Source: Macrostomum hystrix (lineage: Eukaryota; Animalia; Platyhelminthes). From it: a stretch of 64,000 nt of DNA. Of this stretch, positions 11,194-21,207 are shown piece by piece. The translations under genes and the position numbers were made by a program. Each line of letters opens with the position of its first letter. Position 1 is the stretch's first letter. The DNA is taken from contig CATNEN010000001.1 of assembly GCA_950097015.1 (NCBI GenBank), positions 21,886,001 through 21,950,000 on the forward strand, written 5' to 3'. Under the pieces are notes generated by a model. The model was not told where the DNA came from. It saw only the letters and a program-made list of their open reading frames with translations, and ran no database searches.

Positions 11194-12122
11194 TCTAGTT
11201 TTAGTAAATAGTGCCTTAGAGTGGAAGCAACCAGTTTTTGCAAATTCTTTTGAATAAGTGCATCTTTGTTTTATAGAATGTCTGCAATGGGAGTTTACAA
11301 ATAGAAGCTTTTATCAAAAATAGATTTCATATTCTTTAAGTTAAATATACAAGAAAACCTATTCCGACTCCCTAAAATTACAGCCACGAGTTGAAAATTC
11401 TGTTGTTCATTTCCGCGCGCTGTGGACTTTTAATTTGAGATTTTCGAACTTAAGTTTAAATATGAGTACAGTTGCGCAAATAGGCAAATATCATGTTAAT
11501 AACCTTGACTTTCAGGATCTTGAGTCATTCACCTGACCCCTCAATCAGGAAAAGGGAGCATACACCCTTGGTATCCCTTGGTATATACGGTACAACAATG
11601 CAACAATGTATGCTTTCGTTAAAATATGTGGTTTTATCAGATCACTTAGTCTAAGTTAATTGTAAAAAGGTTTTTGAAATATATAAAAAGTCGCGACAGA
11701 AATCCACTACGTTGCAAATATACTGCTTCTATAGTAAGCCATCAAACTTCACAATTTTATTTCTCATTTACTTTAATCGTTTAAGAAAAGCTTCCAAGGA
11801 CTTCGTAAGTTGAAGTAAATGTACGAGTAAAAATAACTAATGATGAGAAAGAAGTTCAGAAGCATTCGGAAAGGATTGTCCAGAGCAATTGTGTATAAAG
11901 TACAAAGTCCTCGTAAAATGTTCCCCTAATTAACACCGTGAATAAAATCGCTTCGGCAGATAAAAATATATCAGTTCATAGTTTGTTTCTGTTGTTTCTA
12001 GTCTTTTGCAATGTTATTTTCTAATGTTTTCAGGTCTTATCTGAGTTAGATAAGACAATTAATTATTCGATTCAACCGAGTGTGAGACATCACTAGGCAG
12101 CTCCGACACGCAAAAGCTGCGA

Positions 12123-12872
12123 TCAGTCGAAGGGCGAAACACACTCGCACAGCACGTCCGAAACAGGGTATGTTTCGGGAACATCCAGTAGCTTCGTTTT
12201 GTCAAAGCGCCAGATTACCGTGTTTTCAACATCTCCGGCATTGTTTGGCTCAATATTCCTCCAAACGAACGAGCCGAAGCTGATGTTGCAGTCGATCCAG
12301 AGCCAACCGCCCGCTGGCTCCGGACTGCCTGCTGGCTGGTAGCCTCCGAGCCAGAATTTTTTCACAACACTGGAGTTGAAGTATAAGGAGTCCACGTGAC
12401 TCATCTCCGAGACGCTGGTCACGTCGGCCATGATCACCAGACCGCTCTCCGACTCGCACTTCTGTCTGCTGGGCCACCAGTAGCCGATGCCAGTGAACAG
12501 TCGGTACTTCACTCCGCACTGCTCCATGCCGTAGCCAGACGGACACAGCGCGCCCGCCTCGAGTCCCGGTCGCTGCTTCACAAACACCTGGCCTCTCCTT
12601 GAGCAGCCGCAGATCCTCACCGACTTGCTGCACTTGTCGAACACGAACAGCTGACACGGACCGTCAGCCATTGTGAAGGCCTGGCATCGCGGGTTGCCAC
12701 CGCATAAGACTCCGCAGGCAAAGTAAATTCTCTCCTGTGAGTAAGTCTCGACGAACTCATCGTTGATGCAGAGGCTGGCGTCAATGACGCTGTAAAGCTG
12801 CTCGATGCGGTCTCCGAAGACGAGACGCTGACTTAACAAAGAGATCAGGAGTGGCCAGAAGTTTATAATCAT
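12123..12872 (-). CDS. Secreted PAN/Apple + C-type lectin domain protein, copy C (intronless)
   Basis: First ATG at 12872 (MIINFWPLLISLLSQRLVFG signal-like), same architecture, EPNN motif. Confidence 0.88.
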   Translation of the reverse strand: MIINFWPLLISLLSQRLVFGDRIEQLYSVIDASLCINDEFVETYSQERIYFACGVLCGGNPRCQAFTMADGPCQLFVFDKCSKSVRICGCSRRGQVFVKQRPGLEAGALCPSGYGMEQCGVKYRLFTGIGYWWPSRQKCESESGLVIMADVTSVSEMSHVDSLYFNSSVVKKFWLGGYQPAGSPEPAGGWLWIDCNISFGSFVWRNIEPNNAGDVENTVIWRFDKTKLLDVPETYPVSDVLCECVSPFD

Positions 12873-13383
12873 ATTTTTATGCTTGCAATATCGCAACGGC
12901 TCTAAGAAGTTTACAAGCGTTTTTGTTGCAAATAATATTCAAGCGATGCCTATTTATAGCTAGTTTTATGGAAAAGTTTGTGACAATATTCTTTTTTTAA
13001 ATAACTTCCCTGAAGTTATTCGCATTAGTGCCAGCTTTGATTTTGTGTTGCCAATATTTGACAGCATGATTGACTCTGCTGTTTTAATTGCGGAGTCTTG
13101 CTTGTAGCTTTTAGGGTTGAAAAGGTGTCGGCCTTTATTAGACTAAGACTAGAAAGTCGCTTTGATCTAAAATGATCTGTGCGGCAGTTTAGTGCTACAT
13201 CCGCAAACAAAGTAATGCATCGACATTTAAAATATTTTTTTGAAAGGGCTCATTATTTTCGCTCCTGATATTTAACTTTTCGTATGAGCGCGTGAAAGAA
13301 GTTTTGCTTATTTGAGTATTTGCCTTTGTCGGCAAAAATTGTTTTTAGCTGTGCATAATCTGTGTTATTTAGCATAAGTATAA

Positions 13384-13702
13384 GAGGTTGTAGCCTAGTG
13401 GTTAGGGCGTCGGACTCACGACTTGAAGGTCGGGGGTTCGATTCCCGACTCGACTGGAACAATTTGCGTCCTTTAGCAAGACACTTAACTCTGCATTGCT
13501 TCAGTTCACCCAGCTGTTAAATGGGTACCAGCATCAGCTGGGATAATTGAAGGTGGGTGTGGCGTCCCCCCAGTCCGTGGACTGAACAGCTGTACGCAGC
13601 CTTCAGATGCGCCGCGCATTAGCTGCGGCTGTGCTGTCGGCTGCACATCTGACCCAATTGGGGAAGGTGTAATCAATTATTATTATTATTATTATTATTA
13701 TT
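13384..13702 (+). mobile_element. tRNA-derived SINE family 1, copy 2, with (TTA)n tail and 10-bp TSD
   Basis: A/B boxes (GGTTCGATTCC), (TTA)n tail, direct repeat ATAAGTATAA at 13374-13383 and 13703-13712. Confidence 0.88.
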
Positions 13703-14305
13703 ATAAGTATAACGCTTAGCAAGAGCTCATATTTGCACACAAATTTGATATCTAATTGCAATCATAATCGGCACATCACAAAACTTGCGAAATTACGAAA
13801 CCCAACAAATCTGTAATGATGACTAAGCCTGACTCGGAGATTCAAGCTTCACTAGCAACTTTTCCACATTACTCAACACAAAAATGTTTCACAGAATTCC
13901 TATTTCTTAAATTTCAATTCGATTGTGCATTCTGACATTCACTATACCTGACAACAAAGCCACGTCTGACAGGACAGTCACTTCTGACAGAACATCCACC
14001 TCTCAGAGAAAATTTTTTGTGAAATATTTTGCAAACCAGCTGCCGTTGCAAACTTTGCTGCTTCAAATGAGCTTTTTTGCTCTCTGATTTATTTAACTTT
14101 ACCTTAACAGTTTGGCTAAGTAAACTCCGCTGCGTTCAATTTAATTCAGATCGAGTGTAGAAAACGACGATTGCTTCCTATAATCCTTAGAATGTAATCT
14201 TGAAGGAGGCAAATAAATATATTCAAGACCTTTGAAGAAAATGAACTAGTTGATTTATCCCACAAAAATCACTCAGTAACGAAATGTCTCTTTTGAAAGT
14301 CGCGA

Positions 14306-15067
14306 TCAATCAAAGGGTGACACGCACTCGCACAGAACGACCAGTGCAGGGAACGTTTCGGTTGCATCGAGCAATTTAGTTTTCGTGGGGTGCCAGATAA
14401 CCGTGTTTTCATTGGATCCGGAATTGGTCGGCTCTCCGCTACTCCAAACGAACGAGCTGAAGTTGATGTTGCAGCCGACCCAGAGCCAACCACCCGCAGG
14501 CTCAGGACTGCCTGCTGGCTGGTAGCCTCCGAGCCACACTGCAGCTCCTTTACTAAAGTTCGAGCAGATGGAGTCCACGTGGCTCATCTCCGAGACGCTG
14601 GTCACGTCGGCCATGATCACCAGACCGCTCTCCGACTCGCACTTCTGTCTGCTGGGCCACCAGTAGCCGATGCCAGTGTACAGTCGGTACTTCACTCCGC
14701 ACTGCTCCATGCCGTAGCCAGACGGACACAGCGCGCCCGCCTCGAGTCCCGGTCGCTGCTTCACAAACACCTGGCCTCTCCTTGAACAGTCGCAGATCCT
14801 CACCGACATGCTGCACTTGTCGAACACGAACAGCTGACACGGACCGTCAGCCATTGTAAAGGCCTGGCATCGCGGGTTGCCACTGCATAGGACTCCGCAG
14901 ATTATATGTCTGGTCTCCTGTGAGTGAGTCTCCACAAACTCAGCTTTGATGCAGAGGCTGGCATCAATCACGCTGTAAAACTGCTCGATGCGGTCTCGGA
15001 GCGCGAGGCGCTGACCAAACAGCATGGTTGCACTAATTAAGAGTAGTGGCCAGAAGTTGATAGTCAT
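14306..15067 (-). CDS. Secreted PAN/Apple + C-type lectin domain protein, copy D (intronless)
   Basis: First ATG at 15067 (MTINFWPLLLISATMLFG), same architecture, EPT in place of EPN. Confidence 0.88.
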   Translation of the reverse strand: MTINFWPLLLISATMLFGQRLALRDRIEQFYSVIDASLCIKAEFVETHSQETRHIICGVLCSGNPRCQAFTMADGPCQLFVFDKCSMSVRICDCSRRGQVFVKQRPGLEAGALCPSGYGMEQCGVKYRLYTGIGYWWPSRQKCESESGLVIMADVTSVSEMSHVDSICSNFSKGAAVWLGGYQPAGSPEPAGGWLWVGCNINFSSFVWSSGEPTNSGSNENTVIWHPTKTKLLDATETFPALVVLCECVSPFD

Positions 15068-15624
15068 GTTTATGTTGCTTGCGTTTATGCTACCCTTCTT
15101 TCCGTCAAGATGTGCCTGCAACTCAACGCGGCATTTTAAGAGTATTAATTAAATGCCGCTGAGTAGAGAGCTTTATAGGCAGGTGATTTGTTAATATATG
15201 TGATATCTTTCCATTTTAGCTCATTCTTTAATGGAAGCTCTGATAATGCCAATCACGCGTTGAAAAATTTGTAGACTCGTCCGATTGGCCAAAGCTGCAG
15301 GCTTACACGAAAAAATACCGTTTCACAAACACTCAATCTACTAGACCTCAGCCGAACGCCTCCAATCGATTCTGATTGACAGCTGGGATTAATGGATTCT
15401 AGGAAACACGCCATGGTGATGGCCAATAATTCCGTTTCTACATGTTTCCTTTCGAGTTGGAGCAAGTTAAAGCAAGTTTCATTTGGATACGAAGTATCAT
15501 TTACAAAGCAATTTATTTAGATTTGATGAGATTGATTTTGAGACACTCCAGCACGCATCACCACAATAGCTTTGCGTTTCCTTTCTCACTCTGTCAGATA
15601 GAGTCATTGACCCATTATCACAAA

Positions 15625-16440
15625 TGTCACTCCAGACACACTGTCCCTGCCAGCACCCTAACACTCTTAACACCCATTGTCACTCCAGACACACTGTCCC
15701 TGCCAACACCCTGACACTCTTAACACCCATTGTCACTCCAGACACACTGTCCCTGCCAACACCCTAACACTCTTAACACCCATTGTCTCTCCAGACACAC
15801 TGTCCCTGCCAACACCCTGACACTCTTAACACCCATTGTCACTCCAGACACACTGTCCTTGCCAACACCCTGACACTCTTAACACCCATTGTCACTCCAG
15901 ACACACTGTCCCTGCCAACACCCTGACACTCTTAACACCCATTTTCTGTCCAGACACACTGTCCCTGCCAACACCCTGACACTCTTAACACCCATTGTCT
16001 CTCCAGACACCCACTGTCTCTCCTGACAGCCACTGTCTCTGGTGACACCCTCTGTCCCTCCTGACACTCAGTCTCTCCTGACACCCACTGTCTCTCCTGA
16101 CACCCATTGTTTCTCCTGACACCTGCACTGTCTCTTCTGACACCCACTGGCTCTCCTGACAGCCACTGTCTCTCCAGACACACTGTCCCTGCCAACACCC
16201 TGACACTCTTAACACCCATTGTCTCTCCAGACACACTGTCCCTGCCAACACCCTGACACTCTTAACACCCATTGTCTCTTCTGACACCCACTGTCTCTCC
16301 TGACAGCCACTGTCTCTGGTGACACCCTCTGTCTCTCCTGACACCCATTGTCTCTCCTGACACCCACTGTCGCTGGTGACACTCTCTGTCCCTCCTGACA
16401 CCCACGTCTTTCCTGACACCCACTCTCTCTTCTGACACCC
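15625..16440. repeat. 53-bp minisatellite (TGTCACTCCAGACACACTGTCCCTGCCAACACCCTGACACTCTTAACACCCAT) grading into ~21-bp CTGACAC subunits
   Basis: Tandem units visible directly. Confidence 0.88.
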
Positions 16441-16487
16441 AATGGGAGCAGAAACTGAACTCTTTAGGAACTCCAGTTTATAGCAGT

Positions 16488-16686
16488 TGTAAGACGCTGG
16501 TTTGTTAGGTAGCATGCACACAATTCGCGAAGAGCCATACCGGCTCGCTAGCACTATTATATTTGGCCAGAAACACTGGGGTGGGCGTACCCACCCCCCA
16601 ATCACGCCACGCAAGCACGCACGCAGGCGTGTACGCTCTACCCCCCGCAGTGTACACTGCGGGCCGCGAACTCTAAGCTGCTTACA
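16488..16686 (-). repeat. 3' LTR (199 bp)
   Basis: Identical to 21208-21406; TG...CA termini with 6-bp terminal inverted repeat. Confidence 0.96.
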
Positions 16687-16699
16687 CTACTTTCCCCCT
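16687..16699 (-). other. Polypurine tract (AGGGGGAAAGTAG)
   Basis: Purine run immediately 5' of the 3' LTR on the element strand. Confidence 0.85.
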
Positions 16700-16712
16700 A
16701 GAAGCAGTTCAG

Positions 16713-19700
16713 TCAAGCAAAGCCAGCCATGTAAAAGTCAGGAGGCCGGCGTTCTCTCGCCGAGCGTCGGAGAGCCTCGGCCGGCTCGGGCGGGGCCGCC
16801 GGCGGATCATCGGACCGCACGTTTTGGTCCGGTTCCGGCCAGCCGACCACCGCATCGCCACCCGGGTCAGCCGCTGGACTGGGCGGTCGCACGGCGAGGC
16901 CGTTGGCGTTCGTGTCGGCATCGGCGGCAGCAGGCAGCTCCAGCGACGGCCGCCGCTGAATGAAGAGTCGGAGCCGGTCGTGGTGCACCACCAGCTTGCG
17001 CCGGCGGCCTGCCTGGTCCTGGATGCGGTAGTTCACCTCGCCGAGGCGCCGCAGGATCCGATACGGCCCCTTCCATTTGTCGCTGAGGCACCGCGTCTGG
17101 CCGCGCTTGACGACGGAGTTGCGCAGCATTACCAGCTGGCCCTCTTCAAACGGCACGAATCTGGCACCCTGGTTGACTCGCTGGTTGCGCGCCGCCTGGG
17201 CGTCCCGCAGCCGGCCGTGCACCGCGTCAAAGGCGCCCTGCAGGTTCGCTTGCGTCTGCTGCAGAAAGTCGTGCGGGCTGCCGCTCGCCGCCTTGTCGCC
17301 GTCCACCAGCCAGCTGTCGAGCGCCAGCCGCGGCGGCCAGCCATGCAGGACCTGGTACGGGCTGAGGCCGGTGGTGCTGTGCACAGAGGTGTTATAGGCC
17401 CAGGTAACGTAGTGCAGCTTCCGGTCCCAGTCCTGCTGGCTCTCCGACACGACCGTCGCCAGCATGTCGCCCAGTGTCCGGTTGCCGCGCTCCACGACGC
17501 CGTTGCCGCTTGGGTGGAATGGCGATGTGCGAGTTTTCTCGATGCCCAGCTGCTCGCAGAGCCGGACGAAGACGTCGCTCTCAAACTGCCGTCCTTGGTC
17601 GCTGTGCAGCACTTGTGGGGCACCGTGCCGCAGCACAACGGCTCTGAGCAGCGCATCCGCCACCGTCACGGCGTCGATCGTCGCCAGCGCCGATGTCTCC
17701 ATCCACTTGGAGAAGGTGTCGCACATGCTGAGGATGTAGGCGTTGCCGTCTGTCGTGCGCGGCAGCGGGCCTTTAATATCGATCTGCACCTGCTGCCAAG
17801 GCGCTGTCGGCTGGCCTGTCGTCTGCAGCGGTGCCCGCTGCGGCCTGGTTGGACTCTTCTTGGTTAGGCAGGCGGCGCAGCTCGCCACCCAGTTCTCCGC
17901 GTCCCGCCGCAGGCCCGGCCACCAGCAGCGCTCCGCCAGCCTCGCCACCGTCCTGTCAACACCGAGGTGGGCGCTCTGGTCGCTGGAATGCGCCTCCTGC
18001 AGGAAGTGCGGCCGCAGGTGGCTGGGAATGACCGGCTTGCCGTGGAACAGCAGGACGCCCGCCGTACTTATTGATGCCCCGTCCAGCAGCTCGCGAACCT
18101 GCGCCGCCCAGGTGTCAGACAGATTGTCGATTCCTGTCGCTAGCGCCTGGAACGCCTTGCTCAGTAGCGTGTCCTGCCGCTGCTCCTCATGCAGGCGCGC
18201 GGCCTCCCAGCGGGGCTGCAGGCGCGTGCCGGCCACCCGGCTCAGTGCGTCCGGCACAACGTTCTCCCGGCCTGGCCGGTACAGCAGCGAGAAGGAGAAC
18301 TGCTGCAGCGTAGACAGCCACCGCGCCAGCCTGCCTTCCGGGTCCTTGGTCGCCAGCAGTCCCTGAAGCGGCCGATGGTCGGAGTAGACGGTGAAGCTGG
18401 GAACACTGAGCAAGTACGTTCTGAAGTGCTTCAAGCTCCACACCAGCGCCAGCAGCTCCCGGTCTGTCGCCGAGTAATTTCGCTCCGCCTTGTTGAGCGT
18501 GCGCGATGCGAAAGCCACAGGCAGCTCAGCGTCCCCGTGCAACTGGCTGAGCACGGCGCCCACTGCGAACTGGCTGCTGTCGCAGCTCAAAACGAACTGC
18601 TTGCTGAAGTCGGGCAGCCGCAGCACCGGGGCAGTCGTCAACTTGTCCTTCAGCTCGTTGAACGCCCGCTCGCAACTGCTGCTCCATCTAAAGTCTCTCG
18701 CTGTCTGGCTGACGTCGTGCAGCACCCTCGCAGTCTGGCTGAAGTCCTGGATGAAGCGGCGATAGAAGCCTAGCATGCCGAGGAACCGCTTCACCTCCTC
18801 TGCTGTCGTCGGGCTGGGCATGCTGCGGATGGCGTCCACCTTGCTCGGGTCTGGCGCGATGCCCTGCTCGCTGACCCGGTGCCCCAGGTACAGCACCTGG
18901 CGGTGGCCGAAGACACTCTTCGCCCTGTGCAGCTTGAGCCCGGCCCCTCGAAGCCGCTGAAGGACCTGTGCTAGCCGCGCCAGATGCTCGTTGAAGGTTC
19001 TGCTGAAGACGATGATGTCGTCGATGTAGGTCAGCACCACCTCCCAGGATAAGCCGGACATGACGAGCTCCATAAGGCGCTGAAATGTCGCTGGGGCGTT
19101 GCACATCCCGAAGCCCATCTTGCGGAACTGCATCAGGCCGCGGGTGGAGTAGAAGGCAGTCTTTGGCCGGTCTTCCTCTGCCACCTCCACCTGGTGATAA
19201 CCCTGCCGGCAATCGATGGTGGAGAACCAGGAACAGCCGACCAGTGCGTCCATGGCTTGCTGCAGATGCGGCAGCGGGTAGGCGTCCTTGACTGTGGAGG
19301 CGTTCAGCTGTCGCCAGTCGGTGCAGAGCCTGATGTCGCCGTTCTTCTTGCGCACCACCAGGAGGTTGCTGGCCCAAGGAGACATGGACGGCTCGATGAT
19401 GCCGCTGTCCAGCATCTGGCCGATCTTCTTGTCTACCTGGTCCCGCACGGACAGAGGCAGACGTCGCTGAACCTGCCTGTGCGGCCGCGTTCCGGGCTCC
19501 AGATCTATCCTGTGCTGCAGCAGCTCCGTCGTGCCCAGGTCGTACTCGTGCCTTGCGAAAAGGTCCTCGTTTTGCTCCAGCAGCTGGCGCAGCTTCTCCG
19601 CATCCGCTTCGGACAGCTCCGGGTTGATGTTCCAGCCGAGGGGGTCCTCCTGGAGATAGTCGCTCCTCCCCCCGGCCATCGCACCCTCGAACGTCCCGAC

Positions 19701-20405
19701 GGCTTTATTGGCGTACAGCAGCACAGGCTCCTCGGCCAGGTTGCACATCTTGACGGGGATTCGGCCGTCGTCCGAGATAGTCAGCACGCGCGCCGAAAGC
19801 ACCGCCGTGGCTGCTACGAAGTCCTCGCAGGGCTCGAACACTCCCTGCTCTCGGCTGGAGTCCACCCGGAGCCATACGACCTTCTCGCTCCGCGCCGGCA
19901 GCTCCGTGTTGACCGCCACGCGCGCCACCAGAACGCTTGGCACCAGGCGGCAACTGGCCCGCGGCTGCTCGCTGCTGAAAGCCACCGTATCGCTGTCGAA
20001 CCGGACGACGCCTTCCTTCATGTCGATGGTCACCGTCTGCGACACCCGGCCGATGAAGTCCATGCCGAGAATCAGTCTAGGTTGGATGCCGTCCACCACG
20101 GTAAAACTGTGCCGCGCTCGAATCGCGCTGCCGATCGCAACCTCCGCCGTCGTCAGGCCAAGGCAGCGCAGCCGCGAGCCGTCGACAGAGGTCGGCATGA
20201 CGCTGATGTCGCTGCAGTCGAGCCGGCAGTCAAGCTTGTCGTACAGCGACTTGTCCATCAGCGAAATCTGCGCGCCCGTGTCCAGCAGGGCGGGCGAGCT
20301 GTGCCTGCCGAAACGCACTGGCACAAAGATGGACGACGCTGATCTGTGGGCCCCTTGAGAGGGGGTCGGCGCTGGCCCCAGGCTGCCGACCCTCAGCAGT
20401 TTCCC
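16713..20405 (-). CDS. pol: Gypsy Pol polyprotein (aspartic protease, reverse transcriptase, RNase H, integrase), reached by -1 frameshift from gag
   Basis: LLDTGAQ protease; SPWAS/YPLP/YIDDII RT; LSCDSS...NYSATDRELLA...SDHRPL RNase H; H-H-C-C zinc finger, DDE core and WKGPY motif in integrase. ORF uninterrupted. Confidence 0.95.
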   Translation of the reverse strand, partial: GKLLRVGSLGPAPTPSQGAHRSASSIFVPVRFGRHSSPALLDTGAQISLMDKSLYDKLDCRLDCSDISVMPTSVDGSRLRCLGLTTAEVAIGSAIRARHSFTVVDGIQPRLILGMDFIGRVSQTVTIDMKEGVVRFDSDTVAFSSEQPRASCRLVPSVLVARVAVNTELPARSEKVVWLRVDSSREQGVFEPCEDFVAATAVLSARVLTISDDGRIPVKMCNLAEEPVLLYANKAVGTFEGAMAGGRSDYLQEDPLGWNINPELSEADAEKLRQLLEQNEDLFARHEYDLGTTELLQHRIDLEPGTRPHRQVQRRLPLSVRDQVDKKIGQMLDSGIIEPSMSPWASNLLVVRKKNGDIRLCTDWRQLNASTVKDAYPLPHLQQAMDALVGCSWFSTIDCRQGYHQVEVAEEDRPKTAFYSTRGLMQFRKMGFGMCNAPATFQRLMELVMSGLSWEVVLTYIDDIIVFSRTFNEHLARLAQVLQRLRGAGLKLHRAKSVFGHRQVLYLGHRVSEQGIAPDPSKVDAIRSMPSPTTAEEVKRFLGMLGFYRRFIQDFSQTARVLHDVSQTARDFRWSSSCERAFNELKDKLTTAPVLRLPDFSKQFVLSCDSSQFAVGAVLSQLHGDAELPVAFASRTLNKAERNYSATDRELLALVWSLKHFRTYLLSVPSFTVYSDHRPLQGLLATKDPEGRLARWLSTLQQFSFSLLYRPGRENVVPDALSRVAGTRLQPRWEAARLHEEQRQDTLLSKAFQALATGIDNLSDTWAAQVRELLDGASISTAGVLLFHGKPVIPSHLRPHFLQEAHSSDQSAHLGVDRTVARLAERCWWPGLRRDAENWVASCAACLTKKSPTRPQRAPLQTTGQPTAPWQQVQIDIKGPLPRTTDGNAYILSMCDTFSKWMETSALATIDAVTVADALLRAVVLRHGAPQVLHSDQGRQFESDVFVRLCEQLGIEKTRTSPFHPSGNGVVERGNRTLGDMLATVVSESQQDWDRKLHYVTWAYNTSVHSTTGLSPYQVLHGWPPRLALDSWLVDGDKAASGSPHDFLQQTQANLQGAFDAVHGRLRDAQAARNQRVNQGARFVPFEEGQLVMLRNSVVKRGQTRCLSDKWKGPYRILRRLGEVNYRIQDQAGRRRKLVVHHDRLRLFIQRRPSLELPAAADADTNANGLAVRPPSPAADPGGDAVVGWPEPDQNVRSDDPPAAPPEPAEALRRSARERRPPDFYMAGFA
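20363..20405 (-). promoter_or_regulatory. -1 programmed ribosomal frameshift signal (G GGA AAC + 6-nt spacer + 8-bp stem)
   Basis: Heptamer GGGAAAC (20405-20399) is in the gag frame two codons before the stop; pol is in the -1 frame; stem GGGTCGGC/GCCGACCC follows. Confidence 0.82.
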
Positions 20406-21187
20406 TGCGGCTGTGCAGCTGGTGTCGGGCAGACCGCCGCCGTGTGCCCCTTGCCTGAGCACCTGCTGCAGCGGGCTCCTGCCGCTCTCGGGCACTGCCT
20501 CGCGATGTGGCCAACTTCCCCGCAGCTGAAGCACTTGATGGCCCTTTGACGGCTTTCCTTGCCTGCGGCTCCCGTTCGCACACCTGCAGCCAGCTGCTGA
20601 ACCTGCTGCTCCAGACGGCTGATCCGACTGTCCTCCGCCGTCACGGCTGCTGACGTCGCTGATGACTGGCGACTCACCAACTCAATGCGGGCCGCCCGGT
20701 CAATCAGGACTGTCAACGGACAGGAGTCCGCGTCCTGGTCTTTGAGCAGCGTATCTCTTACAGCTGCTGGGAGGAGGCGCATCAAGCGGAACTTCACGTC
20801 CTTCTCCCTGGCGTCCACAGAGTCGTCTGGCCGAGCCCGGAGGTGCAGCAGCTTGAGGTTGTACGCCAGCTCTCTCAAAGACTCATTTGGCCGACGTTTG
20901 CGTTCCTCAAACTCCTCCATCGCCCGGTAGCTGCTCAGGCTGTCGCCGAAGTGCCCGATGAGCTCCACCTTAAGCTGCTCGTAGCTCACTTTCTTTTCGT
21001 CTGGAAGTTCCCACACAAAGATCTGTGCCTCTCCAGACAGCAGCAGCTTCAACTTCTTCGCCTTCTTCTTATCGTCCCAGTCGCTGTCATCGGCGAAGTC
21101 TTCAAACATGCTTAGCCACATTCTGACATTTGAGTCACTGCCGGCGCCGCTGAACTTTTGCGGCAGTAAAGATTCTTGCTTAGTCAT
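20393..21187 (-). CDS. gag: Gypsy Gag with two CCHC zinc knuckles (264 aa)
   Basis: ATG 21187 just after the PBS; PQKFSG...WLSMFE capsid-like start; CFSCGEVGHIARQC and CSRCSGKGHTAAVC knuckles. Confidence 0.93.
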   Translation of the reverse strand: MTKQESLLPQKFSGAGSDSNVRMWLSMFEDFADDSDWDDKKKAKKLKLLLSGEAQIFVWELPDEKKVSYEQLKVELIGHFGDSLSSYRAMEEFEERKRRPNESLRELAYNLKLLHLRARPDDSVDAREKDVKFRLMRLLPAAVRDTLLKDQDADSCPLTVLIDRAARIELVSRQSSATSAAVTAEDSRISRLEQQVQQLAAGVRTGAAGKESRQRAIKCFSCGEVGHIARQCPRAAGARCSRCSGKGHTAAVCPTPAAQPQGNC

Positions 21188-21193
21188 GCTGAG

Positions 21194-21206
21194 ACCGCTG
21201 CCACCA
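21194..21206 (-). other. Primer binding site TGGTGGCAGCGGT (complementary to tRNA-Leu 3' end)
   Basis: 1 nt inside the 5' LTR; complements ...ACCGCUGCCACCA, the 3' end of eukaryotic tRNA-Leu as recalled. Confidence 0.8.
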
Positions 21207-21207
21207 G

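Noticed and set aside
16824-20358. Long + strand ORFs (347, 382, 216, 207 aa) opposite pol
   Set aside because: Antisense shadows of a GC-rich coding sequence; no motifs.
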